DNA of 64,000 bases from Anaerolineae bacterium (GTDB lineage: Bacteria > Chloroflexota > Anaerolineae > Aggregatilineales > UBA3940). Every line of letters begins with the position of its first letter. Positions within the stretch are counted from its first letter, which is position 1. Positions 10,462 through 20,236 of the stretch are shown piece after piece. Both the position numbers and the translations under genes were made by a program. The DNA lies in contig DAOTXR010000048.1 in assembly GCA_034435375.1 (NCBI GenBank), forward strand, positions 16,984 through 80,983, read 5' to 3'. The notes under the pieces are model-generated. The model ran no database searches. It had not been told where the DNA came from and worked only from the letters and a program-made list of their open reading frames with translations.

Positions 10462-12777
10462 TCAGAGGTCAAAGAAGGTTTGCAGGTTGGCTCGGCGGAA
10501 ATATTGACGATAAGCTGACGATTCCTCCAACAAGGCATGGATCGCATCTTGCAGCGGGTCGGGGTCCTGCAAATCGGGGATGCCGCCGACAGTCAGGTGG
10601 GCTCGGTCGCCATCGATCCATTGTAGACTGATCTGCCCCTTGGCCACCAGCCAGTCCAATCCATAGCGAATCGCGATCTCACGCTGGGCAATTGCCGCAG
10701 CCAATCTGAGCACCGAGACCTCGCCACCGTAAACGCGCAGAGCATACTTGACTAGCCCAGCCAGCCGTCTCAGAAAAGCGCGTGGCGTATCTGCGGGAAT
10801 GTGATGAGCAATGACATAGAACTTGCGTGCGCCCGTCAGTTCCAACATCTGCCCCAGTTCCTGTGGTCCTGGGGGTGCAGTCCAGATCGCCAGAACTTGG
10901 CAACGCTGTGCCGTAAAGCGGCTGATGACACGTTCAGGCTCGAACGGCAATTCATCCGGCTTGATGGCCTCAGCCCACACGCAATACCTATCGGCAGGGA
11001 GCTTGGACAGAGGAGCTGGCTCGGCTCGCAGATCGACGATCTCGTAACGTGGCTCGACTTCGATCGCCACGCCTGGCGTTGGGCGGCTGCTGACCCACTC
11101 GATCTGCAACGAGCGATGGCCCTTGTAATCATTGATGCGTGGAATGTACAGCAGGTCAAAAACCGTGCTCGGCAGTGCATGTTCAGCGCCACGCCACCAT
11201 GTGACAGTTTGGCTAACTCCACGATCATCCTCGATCGTCACGCGACGATGCTTACGGTCCATCCCAAACAGCGTGTCGGCGACGATTCGCAGGCGCTTCG
11301 TCATCAGATGGACAGGCGGATTGCCTTCGCCGAATGGCGCAAGCCGATTCAGTTCATCCGCGAGGCTCATCGAGAGATCATCCAGCCTGACCTCGGCGTC
11401 AACGTGCAAACCGGTGGTCACGCTGCGATCCCAAATCTCACGTACTGTGTTTGACAGCCGACGCCGAAACTGGGGGACAAGATCGGCGGACAGAGCTAGC
11501 CCTGCTGCGCCGGGGTGCCCACCGTGCGTAATGAGCAGGTCGGCATTCATAGCAATCGCTGCGCCAATGTCTACACCTGGCACCGAGCGGGCTGACCCAC
11601 GAACGATCTCGCCAGGCGGACCGGCCAGCAGTACAACTGGTCGGCGATACTGCTCAACCAACCGGGCAGCAACAATGCCGATCACGCCAGGATGCCAGCG
11701 CTCCCCGACTAGCACCAGCGCCTCGAAATTCAGCAGCGACGAGTCACGCGCAATCTGCTGCTGGGCAGCGGCGTAAATCTGGTCTTCGATCTGCTTTCGT
11801 TTGTCATTCAGCATCTCAAGCTGAGCTGCGATCTGCGCGGCCAACGTGCGGTCGTGTGTCGTCAGCATCTCGACAGCCAAACGCGCCTCGTCCAGACGGC
11901 CCAACGCATTGAGGCGCGGTCCTACTTGATAGCCAATCGTATCAGCCGACAGATTGGAAGGATCCACCTGAGCAGCTCGCATCAATTCCTGCAGGCCCAC
12001 GCGATTGGGATAACGCAATACGTCAATGCCAAGCTGAAGCAGGTGACGTGTGTCGCGGCGCTGTGTGGCTACATCTGCCACAATGCCCAGGGCTACCAGA
12101 TCAAGCAGCCGACGCTCATCGCCAGCATGCCCAGCCAGCTCGTATAGTCGCTGGACGAGCTTGAATGCCACCCCTACCCCCGGAAGATCGTGCAGAGGAT
12201 GGTCGAGGGGCAACCGTTGTGGGTTGACAACAGCCAAAGCCTCGGGCAGTATGGGCGGCAGGGCATGATGGTCGGTGATCAACACCGCGACTCCCGCAGT
12301 GTGCGCCAGTTCAACCGCGTCGTGTGCAGTGATGCCTGTGTCACATGTCAGAACCACCCGGACTCCCTGGTCGATGTAGCTGCGCAGCACCTCAGAGTGT
12401 ACGCCATGCCCATGCTTCAGACGATGGGGGATATGATAGTCCACATCCGCGCCCAGGACGCGCAGCGCATCTACCAGCAGCGAGGTGGAGGTCTGGCCGT
12501 CTACATCAAAGTCACCCCATACCAGAATGCGTTCACCGAGTTGGATGGCCTCGATCAGTCGTCTAGCGGCAACATCAACATCCGGGATGGCGGTGGAGGG
12601 GGCAGGAACATAGCGCCGTGGATCGAGGAAAGCCAGCGCCTCGTCAGCGTCAGTGATGCCACGTCGCGCCAGGATTTCGGCCACCAGGGGGTGGCCTCCC
12701 ACAGCATCACGCAGCTCCTGACTGACGATCACATCTTGGGGAAACAGCCACTCCACAGATCCGCTCCACTGCTCCAC
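10462..12777 (-). CDS. recJ: Single-stranded-DNA-specific exonuclease RecJ (long form)
   Basis: 771 aa. DHH-family motifs (VWGDFDVDGQTS, VLTCDTG, ITDHH) and DHHA1 (GGHPGAAG). About 200 aa of extra C-terminal sequence. Confidence 0.9.
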   Translation of the reverse strand: MEQWSGSVEWLFPQDVIVSQELRDAVGGHPLVAEILARRGITDADEALAFLDPRRYVPAPSTAIPDVDVAARRLIEAIQLGERILVWGDFDVDGQTSTSLLVDALRVLGADVDYHIPHRLKHGHGVHSEVLRSYIDQGVRVVLTCDTGITAHDAVELAHTAGVAVLITDHHALPPILPEALAVVNPQRLPLDHPLHDLPGVGVAFKLVQRLYELAGHAGDERRLLDLVALGIVADVATQRRDTRHLLQLGIDVLRYPNRVGLQELMRAAQVDPSNLSADTIGYQVGPRLNALGRLDEARLAVEMLTTHDRTLAAQIAAQLEMLNDKRKQIEDQIYAAAQQQIARDSSLLNFEALVLVGERWHPGVIGIVAARLVEQYRRPVVLLAGPPGEIVRGSARSVPGVDIGAAIAMNADLLITHGGHPGAAGLALSADLVPQFRRRLSNTVREIWDRSVTTGLHVDAEVRLDDLSMSLADELNRLAPFGEGNPPVHLMTKRLRIVADTLFGMDRKHRRVTIEDDRGVSQTVTWWRGAEHALPSTVFDLLYIPRINDYKGHRSLQIEWVSSRPTPGVAIEVEPRYEIVDLRAEPAPLSKLPADRYCVWAEAIKPDELPFEPERVISRFTAQRCQVLAIWTAPPGPQELGQMLELTGARKFYVIAHHIPADTPRAFLRRLAGLVKYALRVYGGEVSVLRLAAAIAQREIAIRYGLDWLVAKGQISLQWIDGDRAHLTVGGIPDLQDPDPLQDAIHALLEESSAYRQYFRRANLQTFFDL

Positions 12778-12996
12778 TAGAGAAATGCGATAGATTAGCT
12801 ATACTTATTAAGGTGTTGAAGAGGTTGCACTGTAGTCCATCAAGTATACCCACCACACGAATCTCACCAAATCCCACAAAGGACTCGCGTTGGGGATGCT
12901 TGTGGACGGGCGCACTGCACTTAAAATCGGGTCGCTAACCATACGCTCCGATCGTATCCTTGTATCTTCACCAGAAAGTTAAGTATACGAGGGAAA

Positions 12997-15714
12997 ATGA
13001 GCATAAACCACCATCCTGATGATCCCTTTGGCTCCCGCGCGGTGATCGAGACTTCAGGGGGGCCAGTGGTCCTATACCGGCTGGACCGCCTTGAGATGCA
13101 AGGTGTGGGGCAGGTTTCGCGCCTGCCTTACTCAATCAAGATTTTGTTGGAGGCCGCCCTCCGTCAGCTTGACGATTTCGAGATCACACACGACGATGTG
13201 GTCCACTTGGCGCAGTGGCCTGGTCCTGCCCAGCAAGAAATACCCTTTAAGCCTGCGCGTGTCATCTTGCAGGACTTCACGGGTGTGCCTGCCTTAGTTG
13301 ACCTGGCCGCCCTGCGCTCAGCACTGGGGCGATTGGGCGGTGACCCAGTTCGTATCAACCCAACCGTGCCGGTGGACTTGGTGATCGATCACTCGGTGCA
13401 GGTAGATCAGTATGGATCGGCCATTGCTCTAATGTACAACGCCGAACGTGAGTTTGAACGCAACCGGGAGCGCTACGAATTCTTGAGGTGGGGTAAAGAC
13501 GCCTTTGATAACTTCCGCGTCGTACCGCCGGCCACCGGTATTGTCCACCAAGTTAACCTAGAGTATCTGGCGAGCGTCGTTCAGACCAGATCGACCGAAG
13601 GTAAGGTCTTGGCCTACCCTGATACGCTAGTCGGTACCGACTCGCATACCACGATGATCAACGGATTAGGCGTTGTCGGCTGGGGCGTCGGGGGCATCGA
13701 GGCGGAGGCCGTGATGCTCGGCCAACCCATTGCCATGCTGATGCCAGAGGTAATCGGCTTCAGGCTGACGGGTCAGCTCTGCGAGGGTGCGACGGCCACC
13801 GATCTAGTACTGACCGTAACCCAGATGCTGCGCCAGAAGGGCGTCGTGGATAAGTTCGTCGAGTTCTATGGCCCTGGCCTGAGCTGCCTGACCCTGCCCG
13901 ACCGGGCGACTATTGCCAACATGTCACCGGAGTACGGGGCGACAATGGGCTTCTTCCCGGTTGATGCCGAGACGCTAAGCTACTTGCGCAGCACAGGCCG
14001 CAGCCCGGAACTAGTCGACTTAGTCGAGCGCTACTGCAAAGAGCAGGGTCTCTTCCGTACTGACGAGACGCCTGCTCCCCTGTTCACCGATACGCTGGAG
14101 CTAGACCTGAGCACCATTGAGCCGAGCGTGGCTGGACCGAAACGCCCTCAGGATCGCATCCCGCTGCGCGATGCCAAGCAGGCTTACCACGTCGCGCTGT
14201 CTGGCATTCCTGACCGCAACCGGAGTGGGCGTCGCATGGAGATCGAGGTTGATGGCAGACCAGTCGAGATTGGTGATGGCGCGGTGGTGATCGCGGCCAT
14301 CACAAGCTGCACCAACACCTCGAATCCATCGGTGATGGTCGGCGCTGGACTACTTGCCCGCAAGGCGGTTGAGAAAGGGTTGAGCGTACCGCCTTACGTC
14401 AAGACCAGCTTGGCCCCTGGTTCGAAGGTCGTGACTCGCTACCTGGCTGGCGCTGGATTGCTGCCTTATTTGGAGGCGCTCCGCTACCATGTCGTCGGCT
14501 ATGGCTGCACAACATGTATTGGCAACAGTGGCCCGCTTCCACCAGAGGTGGAGGGAGCTGTTAAGGCCAATAACTTGGCGGTGGCGGCTGTGCTGAGCGG
14601 CAACCGCAACTTTGAAGGGCGCATCCACCCGCTAGTCCGCCTGAACTACCTGGCCTCGCCACCACTGGTGATCGCCTATGCACTGGCTGGGACGGTTGAC
14701 ATCGACTTCGAGCATGAACCGCTCGGTTACACGGCAGGCGGTGAGCCGATCTACCTGCGAGATATCTGGCCTACCCAGGGTGAGATCACAGAGACCATGA
14801 AGAACTCGCTTAAGCCAGAACTCTTCCAGGCTGAGTATGCCAACGTGTTCGATGGCGACGCGACCTGGAAAGCTATTGCCGCGCCGCGGGGTGAGTTGTA
14901 TGCCTGGGATCCGGCCTCGACTTACATTCAGGAGCCGCCATTTTTTGTCAACCTGACGCCGGAGGCGCCACCACTCCATGCGATTCGAAACGCGCGAGTG
15001 CTGGCCCTGCTGGGTGATTCCGTCACCACGGACCACATCTCGCCTGCCGGCTCGATCCCGGCAGACAGCCCTGCTGGTCGCTATCTGATTGCACACGGCG
15101 TGGAACGGCGCGACTTCAATTCATACGGCTCACGGCGCGGCAATCACGAAGTCATGATGCGCGGCACTTTTGCCAACATCCGGCTGCGCAACCAGCTTGT
15201 GCCCGGTACCGAAGGTGGCATGACGGTCTACCTGCCTGCGGGCGCGTCGGCGTACGCAGATGGCCAGGTGATGAGCATCTATGATGCTGCTATGCGCTAC
15301 AAGGATGAGGGCACACCGCTCATCATCATTGCGGGAAAGGAGTATGGGACCGGCAGCTCACGTGACTGGGCTGCCAAGGGCACGAGCCTGTTGGGTGTTC
15401 GGGCAGTGCTGGCCGAGAGCTACGAGCGCATTCACCGCAGCAACCTGATTGGCATGGGGGTGCTACCCCTGCAATTCAAGGCGGGCCAGAGTGCTCTGAC
15501 ACTCGGCCTGACAGGGTTTGAGCTTTTCGACATTGAGGGCCTGAACGATGATCTCCAGCCCCGGCAGGAAGTTGTGGTGCAGGTACGGCACGCCGACGGA
15601 TCTAAGACCGCCTTCCCGGTGATCGCCCGCCTCGATTCGCCCGTAGAAGTGAAGTACTATCGCAATGGTGGCATTCTTCACACTGTGCTGCGTGACATGT
15701 TGCAGGGATCGTAG
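12997..15714 (+). CDS. acnA: Aconitate hydratase A
   Basis: 905 aa. Collinear with AcnA/IRP family ([54 protein letters not shown]). Confidence 0.95.
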   Translation: MSINHHPDDPFGSRAVIETSGGPVVLYRLDRLEMQGVGQVSRLPYSIKILLEAALRQLDDFEITHDDVVHLAQWPGPAQQEIPFKPARVILQDFTGVPALVDLAALRSALGRLGGDPVRINPTVPVDLVIDHSVQVDQYGSAIALMYNAEREFERNRERYEFLRWGKDAFDNFRVVPPATGIVHQVNLEYLASVVQTRSTEGKVLAYPDTLVGTDSHTTMINGLGVVGWGVGGIEAEAVMLGQPIAMLMPEVIGFRLTGQLCEGATATDLVLTVTQMLRQKGVVDKFVEFYGPGLSCLTLPDRATIANMSPEYGATMGFFPVDAETLSYLRSTGRSPELVDLVERYCKEQGLFRTDETPAPLFTDTLELDLSTIEPSVAGPKRPQDRIPLRDAKQAYHVALSGIPDRNRSGRRMEIEVDGRPVEIGDGAVVIAAITSCTNTSNPSVMVGAGLLARKAVEKGLSVPPYVKTSLAPGSKVVTRYLAGAGLLPYLEALRYHVVGYGCTTCIGNSGPLPPEVEGAVKANNLAVAAVLSGNRNFEGRIHPLVRLNYLASPPLVIAYALAGTVDIDFEHEPLGYTAGGEPIYLRDIWPTQGEITETMKNSLKPELFQAEYANVFDGDATWKAIAAPRGELYAWDPASTYIQEPPFFVNLTPEAPPLHAIRNARVLALLGDSVTTDHISPAGSIPADSPAGRYLIAHGVERRDFNSYGSRRGNHEVMMRGTFANIRLRNQLVPGTEGGMTVYLPAGASAYADGQVMSIYDAAMRYKDEGTPLIIIAGKEYGTGSSRDWAAKGTSLLGVRAVLAESYERIHRSNLIGMGVLPLQFKAGQSALTLGLTGFELFDIEGLNDDLQPRQEVVVQVRHADGSKTAFPVIARLDSPVEVKYYRNGGILHTVLRDMLQGS

Positions 15715-15831
15715 GGCTTGCAAGGAAGCCTCTCCACAACCACTCTGGGGAAGGCATCAACGCACATCGTCTCGCTGCCTCGATTGCACATGTGGCGGCA
15801 TTGGCCCATAATGCTGAGAAAAGAGGCAGGT

Positions 15832-16761
15832 ATGCAACGGCCTACGCGACTCACAACTCTGCCGGCAGCGACGATCACAATAGCCCTTATGTTAGCGGCC
15901 CTGGCATGCAATGCTGGGGCCAACAGGCCTGATGTGGCAGCTACTGTGCAGGCCGTCTATCTGACCATCACTGCCCAGGCAGCTACAGCAGGCGTGCCAG
16001 TCACAGATACACCTGTTGGCAGCCCATCACAGGCCACAACGACATCCACCCCGATCCAGACCTACACTCCTACTGCCTCGCCTACACCGCCTGATAGTCG
16101 CTCCAGCAATGGGCCAGATATCGCCATCGTGCGCTGCACGGGTGGCATTACCGTGGACGGCGACAGCGCTGACTGGGCTATGCTGTCCGATGTATGGCCC
16201 TTCGTATTGACGACGAGCACCTATGGCGCTGAGCAGTGGTCAGGTACAAGCGATCTCTCCGGGCAGGCACGCCTGTGCTGGACTGACAACGCGCTCTACC
16301 TATTTGTCGAAGTGACCGATGACGCACACGTCCAGACGCAAACCGGCAGCAATGCCTGGAAAGGTGACGAGGTTGAGTTGGTCTTCGATGGCGACCTGCG
16401 TGGAGACTTCTACGAGAAGCGCTGGAACAACGACGATACGCAGCTTGGCCTCTCTCCGGGCGATTTCAGCGATTTGCCTCCGGCAGCGGTGCGGTACTTC
16501 CCCTCGATCCAGGGCATGGATGATGTGCAGCTAGCCGCACGGAGGCCCATTGCCGTAGGGGGAAACTACACCCTGGAAGCAGCAATCGCGTGGGACGTGC
16601 TGGGCGTCATGCCGCAATCGGAGGGACATTACGGTTTGTGTCTGGCTCTCAGTGATAATGACCAGGTGGGTCAAGCCAGCCAGGATACCATGGTGAGCCA
16701 CTGCACGCGGCTGCTTGTCTCGGATCCTACGACATGGGCCACAGTGCAGTTGATGCCATAG
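15832..16761 (+). CDS. Secreted (possibly lipid-anchored) CBM9-like carbohydrate-binding domain protein
   Basis: Start moved to ATG 15832 (MQRPTRLTTLPAATITIALMLAALACNAG signal peptide, purine-rich AGAGGCAGG upstream). Then a Thr/Pro linker and a domain with DGDSADW...ARLCWTDNALYLFVEVTDD...GDEVELVFD pattern typical of CBM9/DOMON-like sugar-binding modules. Confidence 0.6.
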   Translation: MQRPTRLTTLPAATITIALMLAALACNAGANRPDVAATVQAVYLTITAQAATAGVPVTDTPVGSPSQATTTSTPIQTYTPTASPTPPDSRSSNGPDIAIVRCTGGITVDGDSADWAMLSDVWPFVLTTSTYGAEQWSGTSDLSGQARLCWTDNALYLFVEVTDDAHVQTQTGSNAWKGDEVELVFDGDLRGDFYEKRWNNDDTQLGLSPGDFSDLPPAAVRYFPSIQGMDDVQLAARRPIAVGGNYTLEAAIAWDVLGVMPQSEGHYGLCLALSDNDQVGQASQDTMVSHCTRLLVSDPTTWATVQLMP

Positions 16762-16762
16762 C

Positions 16763-18136
16763 CTACTTGAATACCAGCAGGTAACGCCCGCGTGTCAGCC
16801 AGGGCGTGCCAGTATACATGTATGTCAACCCGTCTACGATCAGCAGGTCAGCGTGGCCAATCCCCCAGTTGTCGACCACATTGCTCAGCACCGGGTTGCC
16901 AGCGAACTTCTCCCACGGGGCGTCGATTTCTTGGCTGCGGGCAAACGCTAGTGCGAACTGGTTATCACGCCCGACGGCATGTGAGTTAGGCCCGCGAATG
17001 CCCTCGTAGGTCATGTAATAATAACCATTGTCAAACACCACATCCGCTGAGGTCACGAAACGGAAATCGTAGTAGGGGTTGGCATCCATGCCCTGCGCGT
17101 CGATCGGCCCATATTCGGCTGCCCCGCTGAGGATGGGATTGGATTGGCACGCCGTGAAGGTCTTCAAATCGTTCAGATCGGACCAGAAGCACCCCATGTG
17201 GCCAGGGTTCTGCCCCAGCCCGACGAATACGTACAGCCTCCCCTCGGAGATGAATAGACCTGGTGGTCCACCTGCCATGCAGTCCTGATCGGGTGTCCAG
17301 AAGGGATGTGCTCCCACTAGGCGTGTGTCATCGCAGCCACGATCCCAGCCAAACCACATGCCAGTACCTGGCACCTGCCAGGGCTGCGCCCACACGATGC
17401 CATCCATTGACCAAGTGAGCCAGGCTGCAGCCCCGTGTTCGTAGACCATGAGAAAGCTACGGTCCGGTGCACGGATCACACGTGGGTATTGCTGCTGCCA
17501 GGTCTGGTCGTCGTTGTCACAGGGACAGCTATTACAGGGAAACAGGCACTGCGGCCTGTCGAGCGTGAAGTGTTGGCCACCGTCCGTGCTGACCCATAAC
17601 GTCACGCAGCCGGGGTATTGGACTTCGCCGCCGCACGAGTCGTGGATGCCGGCTGAGTGTGTGCTGGCGTGTAGATACGACCAGTACACGTTGCCGCCCA
17701 TGTGGAGCGTATCTGATTCGCCCATCGGCAACCCAGTATCGGCGATGTTCAATATCCACTGCGCCTTGCCTGACCAGAGGTCCGACAAGGTGGCAGGATC
17801 GCCTGGTGCAGGGGTCGGAGTCAGCGTGTTGGTCGGTGTGAAGGTGGGAGTTGGCGTGAAGGTGGGCAAAGGGGTATCGGTGGGTGTTGAGGTTAACGTT
17901 GGCGTCGAGGTCAATGTGGCGGTCTCAGTGAGTGTAGCTGATGGGGTGATGGTTGGCTCGACTGCCCTGGTAGGTAGCTGTGTGGCCGTGAGTGGGATGT
18001 GAGTTGGGAGAGGTGGCGGGAGCGGGCTGGGGGTAAGTGAGATCGACGCCACAGATATAGGATTAACACCGCATGCGATGGCAAACCATGCAACAATGAG
18101 TAGGCTGATGGCAGAGCGACGTAGGCAGTGACGCAA
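16763..18136 (-). CDS. Secreted protein: signal peptide, Thr/Pro linker, Cys-rich domain of unknown function (paralog A)
   Basis: 457 aa. MRHCLRRSAISLLIVAWFAIACG signal. C-terminal ~330 aa is collinear with ORF 18176..20005 (shared blocks DTGLP.GESDTL, NSCPCD.DDQTWQQQYPRV, MVYEHGAAAW, DCMAGGPPGL, YYYM.YEGIRGP, DNWGIGHAD, TYMYTGTP). Confidence 0.75.
   Translation of the reverse strand: MRHCLRRSAISLLIVAWFAIACGVNPISVASISLTPSPLPPPLPTHIPLTATQLPTRAVEPTITPSATLTETATLTSTPTLTSTPTDTPLPTFTPTPTFTPTNTLTPTPAPGDPATLSDLWSGKAQWILNIADTGLPMGESDTLHMGGNVYWSYLHASTHSAGIHDSCGGEVQYPGCVTLWVSTDGGQHFTLDRPQCLFPCNSCPCDNDDQTWQQQYPRVIRAPDRSFLMVYEHGAAAWLTWSMDGIVWAQPWQVPGTGMWFGWDRGCDDTRLVGAHPFWTPDQDCMAGGPPGLFISEGRLYVFVGLGQNPGHMGCFWSDLNDLKTFTACQSNPILSGAAEYGPIDAQGMDANPYYDFRFVTSADVVFDNGYYYMTYEGIRGPNSHAVGRDNQFALAFARSQEIDAPWEKFAGNPVLSNVVDNWGIGHADLLIVDGLTYMYTGTPWLTRGRYLLVFK
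17800..18005 (-). repeat. Low-complexity Thr/Pro-rich linker coding repeat inside paralog A
   Basis: Encodes TPSATLTETATLTSTPTLTSTPTDTPLPTFTPTPTFTPTNTLTPTPAP. The DNA shows reiterated GGTG/GGCG-rich units. Confidence 0.6.
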
Positions 18137-18175
18137 AGGTGGTTCTCCTGGGAAGAGGGGATGTAGCGCTGGTGC

Positions 18176-20005
18176 CTACTTGAACGTCAGGACATACCGC
18201 CCACGAGTGAAGCCTGGCGTACCGGTATACATGTATGTCACTCCATCAACAACCAGGATGTCAGCATGGCCTATGCCCCAGTTATCAACCACATCGCTCA
18301 GCACCGGATTGCCGGGATACTTTTCCCATTTGCCGTCCACGACCGAGCTGCGGGCAAAAGCCAGTGCAAACTGATCGTCACGACCTGTCGCCGGCGAACT
18401 TGGCCCACGGATGCCCTCATAGGCCATATAGTAATAACCGTCTATGCGTACCACATCGGCGGAAGTCGCGTAGCGAAAGTCAAAATAGGGGTTGGCTGAC
18501 GCGCCTCGCGCCTCAAGCGGTCCATACTCCCGCGCACCGTCGAAAAGAGGATTCGCGCTGCATGGCGTAAACCTATATTCATTGAGCGATGCCGAAAAGC
18601 AGCCCATTGAGCCAGGGTTTTGACCCAACCCAACAAAAACATATATCCGTCCACCAACAACCAGAAGTCCCGGAGGGCCACCAGCCATGCAATCCTTCTC
18701 ATGCTCGAAAAATGGGCTGGGACCGATCCGCATCCAGGGTTGACAAGCACCTACGTCAAGTGTCCACACGCCGGTGCCAGGGATGGACCTAGGACGTGTC
18801 CATGTCACGCCATCGGATGAGTAGCTGATCCAGGCTGCAGCGCCATGCTCGTAGACCATAATATACCCCCTGCCAGGCGCCCATGTCACGCGCGGGTATT
18901 GTTGTTGCCAAGTCTGGTCGTCGTCGTCGCAGGGGCAGCTGTTGCACTTGAAGATGCAGCGCGGCTCAGCCAGCGAGAAGTGTCGCCCGCCGTCAGTGCT
19001 AACCCATCGAGTCACGCAGCCAGGAAAATCTACCGTGTTGCCGCACGAGTCGCGTATCCCGGCAGAGCGGGTGCTGGCGTGCAGATAAGCCCAGTAGACA
19101 TTGTTGCCCATGTAGAGCGTGTCCGACTCGCCGACCGGCAGTCCTGTGTCAGGTACTTGGAGCACCCAGTCTGCCCGGCCGCTCCAGAAGTCGGCCAGCG
19201 AGGCATAGACGCTCGAAGCCGGATCGGGGGCCGGAGGCGAGGGAACAGCTGCCACGCTTGGAGCCTGGCTATAACTGCTGACCACGGGAACGTCGTTTAG
19301 ATTGCCATTGATCTGGCATAACCAAGCAGCAACCCAGACCTGTGCTCCGCCGCGCTCCACGAGGACCCACGATTCACTTGGATCACGGCCCAGAACAGAC
19401 ATGGTGACACCGCTGCCAACCAGGCCAATCTGGGGATACCCCGTGCCGGGGCCGGATCGCAGGCGCAGCTCTGTGGCTGTTGTGGCAGTGACGCTCCCAG
19501 GTACAGAGGAGGAAGACTCAGCAACCGCCGTTCCAGCAGCGCTGCCCGCCACCGAGTCAGTGACCGGGACTCCTGCCAAGTCGCCTGCAAAGGTGCATAG
19601 CCAGCCCGCGATCCAGCCGCGCATGCCATGAAACTCGATCACGATCCAGCTCCCATCGGCATTGCGACCCAACACAGGCAGAGTCGTGTCGGCAGGCACC
19701 AACCCCATCTGACTGTAGCCTGTGCCAGGGCCGGATCGGATGCGTAGGGTGTCGGTCGTCGTTGCTAGGGCGGCAATTTGTAGAGGAGCGGGTTGCTGCG
19801 GCGCACGCTCGATGGCGGTAGGAACGACCTGGATCGGAGATGAGACAGCTTCTACATGTCTCTCAGGAGGTTCAGCGTCCTCAGGGGCGGGTTTCTGCCC
19901 CTGTGAAGTGACTAGCGTCACGGTGAGTGCTAGCATCACCACAGCGGCAGAAACCTGCCACAGAAGATATTTTCGCCTGGTGAGATTCTCAAAAGCGGTC
20001 TTCAT
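18176..20005 (-). CDS. Secreted protein: signal/anchor, two SH3b domains, Cys-rich domain of unknown function (paralog B)
   Basis: 609 aa. Two SH3b-like units (TLRIRSGPGTGYSQMGLV...WIVIEFHGMRGWIAGWL; ELRLRSGPGTGYPQIGLV...WVLVERGGAQVWVAAWL). The C-terminal domain is paralogous to 16763..18136. Confidence 0.75.
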   Translation of the reverse strand: MKTAFENLTRRKYLLWQVSAAVVMLALTVTLVTSQGQKPAPEDAEPPERHVEAVSSPIQVVPTAIERAPQQPAPLQIAALATTTDTLRIRSGPGTGYSQMGLVPADTTLPVLGRNADGSWIVIEFHGMRGWIAGWLCTFAGDLAGVPVTDSVAGSAAGTAVAESSSSVPGSVTATTATELRLRSGPGTGYPQIGLVGSGVTMSVLGRDPSESWVLVERGGAQVWVAAWLCQINGNLNDVPVVSSYSQAPSVAAVPSPPAPDPASSVYASLADFWSGRADWVLQVPDTGLPVGESDTLYMGNNVYWAYLHASTRSAGIRDSCGNTVDFPGCVTRWVSTDGGRHFSLAEPRCIFKCNSCPCDDDDQTWQQQYPRVTWAPGRGYIMVYEHGAAAWISYSSDGVTWTRPRSIPGTGVWTLDVGACQPWMRIGPSPFFEHEKDCMAGGPPGLLVVGGRIYVFVGLGQNPGSMGCFSASLNEYRFTPCSANPLFDGAREYGPLEARGASANPYFDFRYATSADVVRIDGYYYMAYEGIRGPSSPATGRDDQFALAFARSSVVDGKWEKYPGNPVLSDVVDNWGIGHADILVVDGVTYMYTGTPGFTRGRYVLTFK

Positions 20006-20197
20006 GCTGCTTCCTCACCCATCAGCCCATACCCCGTCTAGTATATGCTAAAGCCGTCATCTGTGCTGAACTCTTGGTTCTCAGATAAGCCCTTGATGGA
20101 GGCAAAACAGCAACTGCATGTGCCACAGGCTTTTGGCCCGTCAGCAAGTGCCTAACGGTTGCACAATCGGAAATAGTTAGACGAGCGTCTCATTAAA

Positions 20198-20206
20198 TGG
20201 TATAGT
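20198..20206 (+). promoter_or_regulatory. Extended -10 promoter element upstream of the ABC exporter pair
   Basis: TGgTATAGT at 20198-20206. It implies a TSS near 20213, which argues against the ORF-track GTG 20210 start. Confidence 0.4.
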
Positions 20207-20236
20207 AGTGTGATCACCATAGGTGAGATGTGGCTT

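Noticed and set aside
15718-15831. Long N-terminal extension of the CBM9-like ORF starting 3 nt after the acnA stop
   Set aside because: The extension is not signal-peptide-like. The internal ATG 15832 has a purine-rich RBS and yields a proper signal peptide.
17800-18005. Reiterated short DNA units that look like a tandem-repeat or CRISPR-like array
   Set aside because: The units are irregular and in frame, and they encode a Thr/Pro linker of a secreted protein. There are no spacer/repeat periodicity and no cas genes.
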